From the NCBI GenBank assembly GCA_033763455.1, contig JANRKO010000035.1:17905-81904 (forward strand): a stretch of 64,000 nt of DNA, written 5' to 3'. The notes below the pieces were generated by a model that had not been told where the DNA came from, did no database searches, and worked only from the letters and a program-made list of their open reading frames with translations. Of this stretch, positions 51,228 through 62,281 are shown one piece after another; the first letter of the stretch is position 1; each line of letters opens with the position of its first letter. The stretch is from Polyangiaceae bacterium. Lineage in GTDB: Bacteria > Myxococcota_A > Polyangia > Polyangiales > Polyangiaceae. A program made the position numbers and the translations under genes.

Positions 51228-52466
51228 TCAAGTCGCAGTTGCGACTAACCACTTGCGTAGGTGATTGAGCGCTGAGTACGCGGCAAAAATGCGATTTTGG
51301 GTACGCTCGCCGGGCCTTACGTAATGAAAAGCGGAAACATCATTGGGCGTTGCGAGTGCTACGTGAACGAGCCCGAGTGGCTTTTCAGCGCTTCCGCCCG
51401 TGGGCCCCGCGATGCCCGTGATGGCCAGAGCGAGGTGCGCTCCGAAGCTCTTTTTCGCGCCAGCCGCCATCGACTTCGCGACTTCTTCGCTCACCGCCCC
51501 GTGCGCCTCAAGCAAACGCGGCGGAACATTCAAGAGCTGCTCTTTCGCCGAGTTGGCATAACAAACCACGGCGCCAACAAAGAAATTGCTGGCCCCGGAC
51601 TCGGCGGTCAAAAGCTCCGAAACTAGGCCCCCGGTGCAGGATTCAGCCGCCGCGAACGTGAGACCGCGTTCAGCCAGCAGGCGTGCGACCTGCTGAGGCA
51701 GCGATTCCCGACCTTTGCCGTACACGGCTTCTCCTAGCCGCGCAGCTACGACCTCGGCTACGGCTTCAGCTTTCTGTTGCGCGAGCTCAAGCGTGGCTGC
51801 CTGAGCTAGCACTTTTACCTCGATCTCCGGGAAATGCGCGCGATACCCGAGGACGACGCCGAACTCAGACTCGATTCCCCTAAGAGCGTCATTCACTGCC
51901 GCTTCTGCCATTCCAAAAGTGCGGAGCACGACCTGGTGGAGCGGGTTGGCCACGTTCGAAAGGAGCCGTGGCTCAACGTACCGTTCGTACATTGGCCGCA
52001 TCTCCAGAGGCACGCCTGGCAAAAAAGAAGCGTGGCAACCAGAAAGCTCCACGCTGAACCCGGGTGCTGTGCCTTCCGAATTCGGTAACACGCTTGCGCC
52101 GGCGGGAAAGTAGGCCTGCTTTTCATTCGAAGGCGTAAGGCTGCGACCAAACCGAGCCAAGCGCTCCCGAATGGCAACTAGCGAAGGTTCGTGCAATTCT
52201 AGATTCACACCTAACGCCCGTGCCACGCATTCGGTGGTGATATCGTCTGTTGTCGGGCCTAGGCCGCCGGTACACACGATCGCGGTGTGCTCTTTTGCCA
52301 GGCGCTTCAGGCTGCGCAAGATCCGGTCGGGGTGGTCGTCGACAGTCTCGATTGCGGTGACTTCTAGCCCAAAGCTGCTCAGCCTTTCCGCGAGCCACAC
52401 TGCGTTGGTGTTGGTGAGCTCTCCGCGGGTGAGCTCCGTGCCGATGGAGAGAAGCGCAATGGTCAT
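51228..52466 (-). CDS. cinA: Competence/damage-inducible protein CinA (NMN deamidase domain)
   Basis: IGTELTRG..NTN, GGLGPTTDDIT, GTAPG, AESCTGG, GAVSEEVA..MA.G, TGIAGPTGG. Confidence 0.95.
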   Translation of the reverse strand: MTIALLSIGTELTRGELTNTNAVWLAERLSSFGLEVTAIETVDDHPDRILRSLKRLAKEHTAIVCTGGLGPTTDDITTECVARALGVNLELHEPSLVAIRERLARFGRSLTPSNEKQAYFPAGASVLPNSEGTAPGFSVELSGCHASFLPGVPLEMRPMYERYVEPRLLSNVANPLHQVVLRTFGMAEAAVNDALRGIESEFGVVLGYRAHFPEIEVKVLAQAATLELAQQKAEAVAEVVAARLGEAVYGKGRESLPQQVARLLAERGLTFAAAESCTGGLVSELLTAESGASNFFVGAVVCYANSAKEQLLNVPPRLLEAHGAVSEEVAKSMAAGAKKSFGAHLALAITGIAGPTGGSAEKPLGLVHVALATPNDVSAFHYVRPGERTQNRIFAAYSALNHLRKWLVATAT

Positions 52467-53380
52467 GGCGTTCGTTCGTTGGAGAGCAAGGGGGACGGGG
52501 CCTCGGGGGCGTAGACGCAGCGAAAGCCGATATGGTCCCTCGGGGTTTCCCCGTCAAATGCTGCGTTCACCGAAAGCTCGCCAGCGACACGTGAACGAAA
52601 GGAACCGCCGAGAGCCCGGTAACGTCCGTCCGCAGCACGCGCCCATTCGGCGACGTTGCCTGCAAGATCCGCAACTCCGAGCGGAGTTTGGCCGTCCGGG
52701 CGGGCGCCAGAAAGCTCGGGCATCCCCGAGCCTTCTGCGCAGGGGCCTGCCACAAGCCCAAAGCTTGCGCGTCGACACACTAGGCCATTCGGACCCCACG
52801 GAAAACGCCGCTCCTCGGCACCGCTCGCGACCCAAACCCACTCTTGCAAGGATGGTAGCCGCCCGCCAGATTGTCGGCAGAAGGCTTCGGCTTGTGCTGG
52901 AGTGATCCGAGTAACGGGGTGGCCCGGCTCCGTTGGGTTCGGGGCCTTTGGCAGGGAAGCGCACTTACCTCTGGATGCGCATTCCTCCCAGCTTTGCACA
53001 CTCACTTCGAAAGCGTCGATAAGGAACGGAGCGATGGGGGTCGGGCCATTGGCTCGGTTGGCATTCTGCCAGTCTACGGGGCCGTTTTTCAAAAGCCCGC
53101 CAGCTATCTCAATCTTCTTGGGTTCTACGGCGCAGCCTGTTCGGTAAAGCGTGAACCCATGAGGGCATGTTGCTGGCGACCCCTGACAGCTTGCACCAAC
53201 TAAGCTCTGACCCGGCGCGCAGCAGCGAGCTCCCTGCGCCACAAGGCCCTCTGGGCAGCGTGCTGTTTCCACGTGGGGGCGATAGCCCAAGAGAAACAGC
53301 GCGGCCACCGCCGTGGCGACAGCGCTTGCAAAGGCGCCGCCCCAATGGCGTCGCAAGAAATGAGCGATCCCGTTCGACAT
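52463..53380 (-). CDS. FGE-sulfatase (SUMF1) domain membrane protein
   Basis: FLIDAFEVS, RLPSLQEW, FPWG, DLAGNVAEW, GGSF, IGFRC. Confidence 0.88.
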   Translation of the reverse strand: MSNGIAHFLRRHWGGAFASAVATAVAALFLLGYRPHVETARCPEGLVAQGARCCAPGQSLVGASCQGSPATCPHGFTLYRTGCAVEPKKIEIAGGLLKNGPVDWQNANRANGPTPIAPFLIDAFEVSVQSWEECASRGKCASLPKAPNPTEPGHPVTRITPAQAEAFCRQSGGRLPSLQEWVWVASGAEERRFPWGPNGLVCRRASFGLVAGPCAEGSGMPELSGARPDGQTPLGVADLAGNVAEWARAADGRYRALGGSFRSRVAGELSVNAAFDGETPRDHIGFRCVYAPEAPSPLLSNERTP

Positions 53381-53416
53381 ATGGAACCTCAGTCTCAGTT
53401 TCCGAATGGGCGAAAG

Positions 53417-53553
53417 CCTACGAATGCGTCGAGATGCGCGGCCAACTCAGTGCTCCCACCCTACGACTGCAGAGCGGCGCACGGCCAACTCAGTGCTCCC
53501 ACTTTACGACGGTGGCGAGACGCACGGCCAACTCAGTGCTCCCACCCCACGAC
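53417..53553. repeat. 43-bp tandem repeat, about 3 copies, duplicating the FAH gene 3' end
   Basis: Identical 21-mer CGGCCAACTCAGTGCTCCCAC at 53439, 53482 and 53525, with related linkers. Confidence 0.9.
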
Positions 53554-54330
53554 GGCAAACGCTAATTCTCCGATGCTGGGCGCCGCCACGATTACGCTAT
53601 CTCCGGCCGAAAGTGGCCCCACCCCCGCTGGCGTCCCGGTGGCGATGAGATCCCCAGGCTCTAGCGTGCAAAATTCGCTCGCGCGCGCGATAAGTGTGGC
53701 GACGTCGAAGACCATATCGCTCGTGTTCCCGCTTTGGCGTGCAACGCCGTTGACTTGTAGTGAAATGTCTAGAAGGTTCGGGTCCAGGCCGGTTACGATG
53801 ACCGGGCCCGTAGGGCAAAAGCCGTCGAACCCTTTGGCACGCGCCCACTGGCCGTCTTTCTTTTGCAGATCACGGGCGGTGATGTCGCACACGAGTGTGT
53901 AGCCAAATGCTGCCGAAAGTGCCTCAGAAACGCCAATATTGCGCACCTTCTTGCCGATGATAACGCCAATCTCGGCTTCGTAGTCGACCCGCTCGCTCAA
54001 CTTCGGGAGAGCCACTGTGCCTTCATGCGCCAAGAGCGACGAAGGAGGCTTATAAAACCAAAGCGGCTCTTTGGGTACTTCGTTGCCGAGCTCTGCTGCG
54101 TGCGCTCGATAGTTGCGCCCGACGCCCAGTATCTTGCTGGGCTCCACTGGAACCTGAAAGCGGCAAGCTGAAAGTGGGATTTGCTCGCCAGTGAGCGTGC
54201 CACCTAGCCAGGGAGCCGCAGTGAGAATGTGCGCAGTTGTTGCAGGCGCGAAAACACTTGGGTCGCTCCCAGCTCGTAGTTCGGCGTAAAAGGTTCCACG
54301 GGTGCCCACGAGAAGTCGCGCGACGATCAT
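53533..54330 (-). CDS. Fumarylacetoacetate hydrolase family protein
   Basis: PSKILGVGRNY..HA.E, FYKPPSS, DYEAE, DITARDLQ, AKGFDGFCP.GP, GDLIATGTPAGVG. Confidence 0.95.
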   Translation of the reverse strand: MIVARLLVGTRGTFYAELRAGSDPSVFAPATTAHILTAAPWLGGTLTGEQIPLSACRFQVPVEPSKILGVGRNYRAHAAELGNEVPKEPLWFYKPPSSLLAHEGTVALPKLSERVDYEAEIGVIIGKKVRNIGVSEALSAAFGYTLVCDITARDLQKKDGQWARAKGFDGFCPTGPVIVTGLDPNLLDISLQVNGVARQSGNTSDMVFDVATLIARASEFCTLEPGDLIATGTPAGVGPLSAGDSVIVAAPSIGELAFAVVGWEH

Positions 54331-54335
54331 CGGGT

Positions 54336-54632
54336 GGGAGTGTACGGTAGGGTTGCTCCCGAATGCGAGGGAGGGGTTTCAGGATGCCCTCCCCCGCCGC
54401 CGCATTCTGCGGCAGCTTGCCCCGACCCAAATGTCTCTCGCTCTGCGCGAGCCATGGGCGGGGCGGCCAAGCGAGACCGCACCGCGCAGGAGCGTGTGTC
54501 GACCGGAAAGGCCGCGGGCGGCGCAGCAGCTTTGGGATTGGGAAAGATGTACGCACTTGGGTCGGGGTGGAAATAGTGCGCCCAATCCCAAAACCGAGCC
54601 CATTTGGGGACTCACCGCCATGAGTGAACCCA
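54336..54632 (+). ncRNA. Candidate structured RNA with long-range pseudoknot, unassigned
   Basis: Several stems plus CCCCGACCCA (54420-29) complementary to the hairpin-loop sequence TGGGTCGGGG (54558-67). See findings. Confidence 0.45.
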
Positions 54633-54950
54633 TAGTAGTTAATCTAAAAGGACGCTAGAAAGACCCTGCCGCCACACCTCCGCCACACCCTTGCTGCCCC
54701 CTACGGCCGCCGAGAGAGGTGAGGCGCGGCTCAGATGAGTCTCCATTTTCGCTATTCTCCAGCGCCTCACCTCTTCGAGGAGGCTTCGCGCCCGTCCCTT
54801 CCACCTGAGGCTCATCGGGCGCCTTTTCCGGGCGCGACTTCGCCACTCCCTCTCCCCCACCGTCAGCGGAGGTATGGGGGAGAACGCCCGAGCCGAGCGC
54901 TACGCGCGAGCACGGCGAGTGGGGGCACCTGATCGCACCGCCTAAGCACC

Positions 54951-54973
54951 AACGGGTTTGAATCACACCCGTT
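54951..54973 (-). terminator. Stem-loop just past the stop of the vWA-like lipoprotein gene
   Basis: AACGGGT...ACCCGTT, 9 nt beyond the stop at 54983. Confidence 0.35.
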
Positions 54974-54982
54974 CTTGCGAAG

Positions 54983-57145
54983 CTAGCGAGGTAAATCCCG
55001 CACCCAATCGACGATCTGCGAAAGCGCCGGGTTGTAGCCAAATGAAGGATCGGAGGCGGGACGTGCGAGATCTTCTTTGCTGTAGCGCGGACAGATAGAA
55101 CCGAGCCGTGCTTGGTCCCCAACTGCTTTAAGCAACGAGAGGTGCCGCGGTGGCGGGAGCGCACCGGCGAAAAACTGCGTGGGTTCAGCGGGGCCACCTG
55201 CGGGTGGGTTGCAGATGGGGCGGTTTTCAGCGAGGACGCGATCGCGAACCATCTGCTCGGTGCTGGTGCCAGAAGGTTTGTATCCGCAAGCACAGCCGGA
55301 CTCTTGCATGAGGCAGTTGATGGGGGTCGGCAGTTCGTAGATGCAGGAATACTGAAGATCGTCGCCGTCTACAGGGTTGTATTCGTGGCCGTTGGCCGCG
55401 CCTTTGGGGTTGGTGCTGCTAGGTGGCGCTAGAGCCAAGCCAGATCGAGGGCTAGTGCCGGAGCGCGGCTTAATCGAGGGAACCATGAGTGGATCGTTGG
55501 GTCGAACGGAGGCCTCGGGAGCTCCCAAGATGTCTCCCCAAATACCGCGCGCCGTGAACTCGCTCGGCTTCAGGTAGGAAAGCTGTGTTTGTGCGCCAGT
55601 TGGGTCCTGAGCGATAGCGGCCCACGGCACCCCTACCACGCTCGTTACCAGCACCATCGCTGGGTTGCGCAGCGGAGTACCGTTGGCGCCGGGTTGGAAC
55701 AAACCATTGGGCTTCATGGCTCCCGTGCGATCTGGGACCATAGCTTGGGTGAGAGCCGCCGAGTAGCGCCCAATGGGCTGCAGGAGATCCAAGCCGAAAC
55801 GGCGTTTTTGTTCGAAGCAGCGCAGATTTGCTGGGTCGTCGGCGGCCTTCAATGCCAGCGAGTTGTTATTAGAGGGATCCGGCTGGCAATTAGGATCTGC
55901 GGCCAGGGGTTGGCAGCCGGGTGGCGGATTTCCGAGCACGGCGCAGGAGCGACAACATGGGCTATTGGGCTCCGTTTCGCAGGTGCTCGTCGGATGGATC
56001 ATGTTAAACGTCTTTGAGACGCCAGCAGATTGGATAGCTGTAGTTCCCACCAGCCACCCCAGGCTCTCGTCTAAAATTGAGCAATCGTCCTCGCCCGTGA
56101 GCATTACTATCGCCACGTGCGAGTCTGGGCGGAGGAAGAGAGAGCGCTGAGCCAGAAGCGAGGAATCCAGACCAGCCTGCAGGCTGGCGCTATTGACCTG
56201 GCTAATGCTCATGAACGGATCCGGGTTTACCAAGAACCGGTACCAAGCTTCGAGCGTGGCCTCGTAGCCGCAGCCCGTGGCACCGACGGCCAAGATGCCG
56301 GACTCTATTGCTTGTGAAAACGAGCTCAAGTTGGATTCCCCCGCCGGCAACCGTGCGCCCTTTGGATCCCAAACCCAAAACCCCTTGCTATTGTAGCTTG
56401 GCAAATTGGGATTAACGACTCCAATGAGATGGCCGGCGTCGTCCTTTCGAGGGGTGAAAGCGGCATCTTCGATGCTGCAAGCCGTGCTCCCAAACCCACC
56501 CAAACTGGAAGTGATGACGCCAACGTGCATGTCCGTAATCGGGGGAAATTCGCGAGCGAAACCCTGCGGACACGCGACCTCTCCATCTGTCACACGTTGC
56601 CTCACGGCAGCGTTGCCAGCCTGCACGCAGTCGGGATTGGTGAGCTTGCTCATAAGCTCGCGCGCGCCTTTCGCCAATAGCGGTTGATGGGGCGCCATGT
56701 CGATCGAGTTGTCCACCACGAAGAGCAGATCGAGCTTGTGGATTGGCTTCGGCTCAAATGGGATCGCCATGCTGCCTGCGCTCCCGCCTACGGGAGCGGA
56801 GCCGATGCCACCGCCAGCGTTGCTGACGCCTCCAGCTCCTGTTGGGAGACCACCACTGCCACCGCTCGCGAGATTGGCTCCTCCGCCACCCGAAGCCGCG
56901 CCACCCGAAGGCCCGCCACATGAAGCCCCGCCACCTGAAGCCCCGCCACCTGAAGCCGCGCCACCCGAAGCCGCGCCACCCGACGTTTCTTCGGTCTCGC
57001 CAACGGTTTGTCCCTTACAGCTAACAACGCCCGTGGCTGACAAAGCTGCCAGCACGAGGCTGAAAGCGTGGGCGGCCCTGCGATTCGCGGTCTGCAGAGG
57101 GGAGCGGCCCGCGCCGTGATGAGGCGATTGTTTGATTAAGTTCAT
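54983..57145 (-). CDS. Cys-rich myxobacterial lipoprotein with vWA-like domain and GGAAS repeat linker
   Basis: Lipobox VVSC, Gly-rich linker, KLDLLFVVDNSIDM, MHVGVITSSLG, GCGYEATLEAWYRFL, EDDCS, many Cys. Confidence 0.8.
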   Translation of the reverse strand: MNLIKQSPHHGAGRSPLQTANRRAAHAFSLVLAALSATGVVSCKGQTVGETEETSGGAASGGAASGGGASGGGASCGGPSGGAASGGGGANLASGGSGGLPTGAGGVSNAGGGIGSAPVGGSAGSMAIPFEPKPIHKLDLLFVVDNSIDMAPHQPLLAKGARELMSKLTNPDCVQAGNAAVRQRVTDGEVACPQGFAREFPPITDMHVGVITSSLGGFGSTACSIEDAAFTPRKDDAGHLIGVVNPNLPSYNSKGFWVWDPKGARLPAGESNLSSFSQAIESGILAVGATGCGYEATLEAWYRFLVNPDPFMSISQVNSASLQAGLDSSLLAQRSLFLRPDSHVAIVMLTGEDDCSILDESLGWLVGTTAIQSAGVSKTFNMIHPTSTCETEPNSPCCRSCAVLGNPPPGCQPLAADPNCQPDPSNNNSLALKAADDPANLRCFEQKRRFGLDLLQPIGRYSAALTQAMVPDRTGAMKPNGLFQPGANGTPLRNPAMVLVTSVVGVPWAAIAQDPTGAQTQLSYLKPSEFTARGIWGDILGAPEASVRPNDPLMVPSIKPRSGTSPRSGLALAPPSSTNPKGAANGHEYNPVDGDDLQYSCIYELPTPINCLMQESGCACGYKPSGTSTEQMVRDRVLAENRPICNPPAGGPAEPTQFFAGALPPPRHLSLLKAVGDQARLGSICPRYSKEDLARPASDPSFGYNPALSQIVDWVRDLPR
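56883..56983. repeat. 15-bp coding tandem repeat (SGGAA/SGGGA), about 6-7 copies
   Basis: Reiterated CGCCACC(C/T)GAAGCC(G/C) units within the lipoprotein linker. Confidence 0.85.
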
Positions 57146-57311
57146 AAGGCTCCGTGATAAAGGCAAACCCGAGCTGAGACTGACGACGCTCGGGCGCTCT
57201 ATCTGCGAACTTCGAGGTTAACGCGGTTTCGCGGAGCGTCAACCGAACCGAATTCCAGCTATTGTGTAGACGCACCCAGTGGTGGCGTCCACTCAAGGGT
57301 TAACCCTAGGT

Positions 57312-59387
<2,076 letters not shown>

Positions 59388-59500
59388 CTATTCGTGCGGG
59401 CTGTCCACGCTGTCATACGGGCTGCTCAAACGGGCCGTTGCGGAAAGAAAAGCCCCCGTGAGGGGTATGGAAGCTGGGCCTTCAAAGATATAAGGCGCCC

Positions 59501-60538
59501 GTGGAATCACCCAAGGACCCGCCCGACCTGGCTCGCACGCCTGCCGTCGAAGGCGATACGGACGGCGCCCGGGAGGAGCGCGAGGCTCCAAGTTCGCGGA
59601 TTGGTGTTGAGGTGGATTCACTTCGCCCGCCCCCGGGGGAGGGGCTTCTTTGGCGACTGCGGGGCGTGGTGCGGATGATGCGCCCCCACCAATGGGTAAA
59701 GAATGTGTTCGTGTTGGCACCGGTGGTGTTTGCGCGCGAGATCTTCGATCCTCTCCTGCTCACACGTGCCGCCTCGGCGTTCCTGGTGTTCTGCCTACTC
59801 GCAGCGGCTGTCTACACGATCAACGATCTAGCGGATGTAGAGTCCGACCGCAGCCACCCCATCAAGCGCTTTCGCCCGATTGCTTGGGGCCAAGTGCCAC
59901 CGTCGATGGCGCGCGTGGTGGCGGTGGTATTGGTGATTGTTGGGCTCACGGGCGCGGCACTTACGTCGCTGCCCTTGCTAGCGGTGGCGGCGGCCTACTT
60001 TGCATTGAATGTCGCCTATTCACTCAGGCTAAAGCACGTAGCCTACGTTGATGTTGCGTGCATCTCCGCCGGCTTCGTCTTGCGCGTGATGGCGGGCGGA
60101 TTTGGCACTCGGATCGTCGTTTCCAACTATTTGTTGGTTTGTACGGCGCTTTTGGCCCTTTTCCTTGGCTTCGGGAAGCGTCGCCAAGAGCTCGCCGTGG
60201 CGATGGGCAAGGCAAGCCTCCAGCGCGCAGCGTTGGAATCCTACTCCAAGCGAGGCCTCGATACGGCTCTTGCCACGATGGGGGTGGCCACCGTGGTCAC
60301 GTATCTGGCCTACACGCTGGATCCTCACACGGTGGCGTTTTTTCGCAGTGACTATCTTTGGGTGAGCACTGTGTTTGTGGTTCTCGGTGTAGCCCGCTTT
60401 CTGTTTTTGGTCTCGCACCGGCCGCGTGCGGAGAGCCCGACCCAGGAAATGCTGAAAGATGGACCGTTTGTGGCAATCATGTTGTCGTGGGTCATCTTGA
60501 TAATCTGGCTGGTCTACAATTTGCGCCCAGGCCGCTAA
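59501..60538 (+). CDS. UbiA-family decaprenyl-phosphate phosphoribosyltransferase-like protein
   Basis: RPHQWVKN.FV, YTINDLADVESDRSHPIKRFRPIA.G, YSLRLKH, LGFGKRRQEL. Confidence 0.9.
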   Translation: MESPKDPPDLARTPAVEGDTDGAREEREAPSSRIGVEVDSLRPPPGEGLLWRLRGVVRMMRPHQWVKNVFVLAPVVFAREIFDPLLLTRAASAFLVFCLLAAAVYTINDLADVESDRSHPIKRFRPIAWGQVPPSMARVVAVVLVIVGLTGAALTSLPLLAVAAAYFALNVAYSLRLKHVAYVDVACISAGFVLRVMAGGFGTRIVVSNYLLVCTALLALFLGFGKRRQELAVAMGKASLQRAALESYSKRGLDTALATMGVATVVTYLAYTLDPHTVAFFRSDYLWVSTVFVVLGVARFLFLVSHRPRAESPTQEMLKDGPFVAIMLSWVILIIWLVYNLRPGR

Positions 60539-60551
60539 CGCGAGGTTTAGT

Positions 60552-61280
60552 TTGGCCGACCCTCCCAAGCCTCAGGACATAGCGAAATCGAGTCGGGGAA
60601 GTGGGCCCTTGGAGGATCTCGCTCTCACCTTCCCCATTTTGGTGGGGTACCATCTTGCGGTCTATTTCATGCCCGTTCGCAACGCGGCAGATCTGGTGAC
60701 GCGGGAGCTCGTGGCTCTCTCAAAGGATAGCTCTGTTGGGTATTTGGGGCTGACTCTTGGGATTGCGACCCTCTTTGTTGGGGTGCTCTTGATCCTAGGA
60801 CGTGGCCAAGCGCTCCGGGCGGATCGTTTCTTTTTTGTTGCGTTAGAAGGGGTGATTTACGCGGCGGCGATGCGCTTCATCGCAAGCTACGTAGTGGGCA
60901 AGATGTTCCTAGCGGGAGGAGGGGAAATGAGCCCCGCGATGGATCGTTTTACCGGGCTTGTGATGTCTACGGGTGCAGGCTTCTATGAGGAGCTAACGTT
61001 TCGCGTATTGCTTTATGGCCTCGGCGCGCGGCTGGTGATGCTGCTTTTTCCAACCGACGTTGCTTCCCGTTTCTTAGTGCGTGTTGGCTGGGCGATCCTT
61101 GCGGCAGCCGCTTTCAGTGCCTGGCACTACATTGGTGAATTGGGGGACGAATTTGAAATGAGGTCGTTCATCTTTCGGTGGGTGTGCGGGCTTGTATTTA
61201 CCTTGATTTACCAATTTCGAGGCTTCGCTCCCGTGGTGTGGACGCACGCTCTCTACGATATTTGGGTGCTCGTTCTCTGA
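60552..61280 (+). CDS. CPBP (CAAX protease-like) intramembrane metalloprotease
   Basis: YEELTFR, FSAWH, THALYD. Confidence 0.88.
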   Translation: MADPPKPQDIAKSSRGSGPLEDLALTFPILVGYHLAVYFMPVRNAADLVTRELVALSKDSSVGYLGLTLGIATLFVGVLLILGRGQALRADRFFFVALEGVIYAAAMRFIASYVVGKMFLAGGGEMSPAMDRFTGLVMSTGAGFYEELTFRVLLYGLGARLVMLLFPTDVASRFLVRVGWAILAAAAFSAWHYIGELGDEFEMRSFIFRWVCGLVFTLIYQFRGFAPVVWTHALYDIWVLVL

Positions 61281-61301
61281 TACGGTTACGAACCCAAATA
61301 T

Positions 61302-62033
61302 TTAGATCCGCTGCGCCAACACGAAGTGCTCCAGGTTGCCTTTCGGCCCTTTGAGCTCACTGTCTATTTGGCTTGTCAGGGCGAAGCCAGCTTGCTTGAG
61401 CGCGTCACAAGCACTCGCGATGGCTGCGGTTCGGACGCGTGGGTCGCGTATCACCCCGTGCCCGAGGGCCACGTCTGTAGGATCCGCCTCAAATTGCGGT
61501 TTGATCATCGCAATCAAACGCCCGTTCGGGGGCAAGATACGAGCTAAGGCGCTCGCGATCTTAGCCATACCGATGAATGACACGTCCACCGTCACTAGGT
61601 CTAGCGGAGAATCGAAGCTCTCCGCCGTAAGATCCCGAGCGTTCGTCTCATCCATCACCACCACGCGTGCATCGTTGGCGACCTTCGGATCCAAAAGGCC
61701 TTTGCCAACGTCCACCGCAAAGACCTTAGCCGCGCCGCGCTGAAGCAAACAATCGACAAACCCGCCCGTGGATGCGCCGAGGTCGGCACAAACCAAACCC
61801 CCAATATTCAGCTTAAAGTGCTTGAGCGCCCCTTCAAGCTTATTGCCTCCGCGGGACACGTATTGGCGTTGACCCGCCACGCGTAGCTCACAATCAGCTG
61901 GCACTTGGTCCCCCGCTTTTTCGATCTTACGCTCCCCCCAATATATCTTGCCGCCGAGGAGCAGCGCCTGCGCCACCGCTAACGACGGAGCCAAGCCAAG
62001 TTCAAGTACACGTCTATCAGCGCGGATCTTCAT
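61302..62033 (-). CDS. tlyA: TlyA-family rRNA methyltransferase
   Basis: S4 domain, YVSRGGNKL, DLGASTGGFVDCLLQRGA, DVSFI, IKPQFE, GPKGNLEH. Confidence 0.95.
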   Translation of the reverse strand: MKIRADRRVLELGLAPSLAVAQALLLGGKIYWGERKIEKAGDQVPADCELRVAGQRQYVSRGGNKLEGALKHFKLNIGGLVCADLGASTGGFVDCLLQRGAAKVFAVDVGKGLLDPKVANDARVVVMDETNARDLTAESFDSPLDLVTVDVSFIGMAKIASALARILPPNGRLIAMIKPQFEADPTDVALGHGVIRDPRVRTAAIASACDALKQAGFALTSQIDSELKGPKGNLEHFVLAQRI

Positions 62034-62281
62034 GAGTAGCGAGCAGAGGTCGGGTCAATGGGCCGGCCCAAAATTGTGCGGACCAGAATTGTACTGAGAG
62101 GACAGCCAGTTGAGACGACAACTGAGGAAGAAACGTAAGGCAGCATCGTACTTTTCTTGGCCGTCCTAGGGCAGGGCCGGCAACATGTTTCGGCCACAAC
62201 CTGGCCCCTCCACCTATGGGCGGGCCGCTGCCGGCTGGCGCAACCAACTCCGCCGGCCTCTCAATCGCAAGGAATTTCCAG

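Noticed and set aside
53439..53545. Mini CRISPR array (21-bp repeat, 22-bp spacers)
   Set aside because: The spacers resemble each other, the repeat overlaps a coding 3' end, and there is no leader or cas gene.
54334..54932. Short ORFs of 65-118 aa in the gap between the FAH and lipoprotein genes
   Set aside because: Low-complexity Arg/Gly/Pro-rich translations without motifs or clear RBS, as expected by chance at this GC content.
54330..54980. tmRNA, RNase P RNA or group I/II intron as the identity of the structured region
   Set aside because: No tRNA-like ends or tag ORF, no GAGGAAAGTCC, and no convincing intron domain V or P7 consensus.
57162..57200. c-di-GMP-I riboswitch-like GGCAAACCCGAGC...GCTCGGGCGC
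   Set aside because: It lacks the GNRA loop and CGCAAAG motif and is antisense to the adjacent gene's leader.
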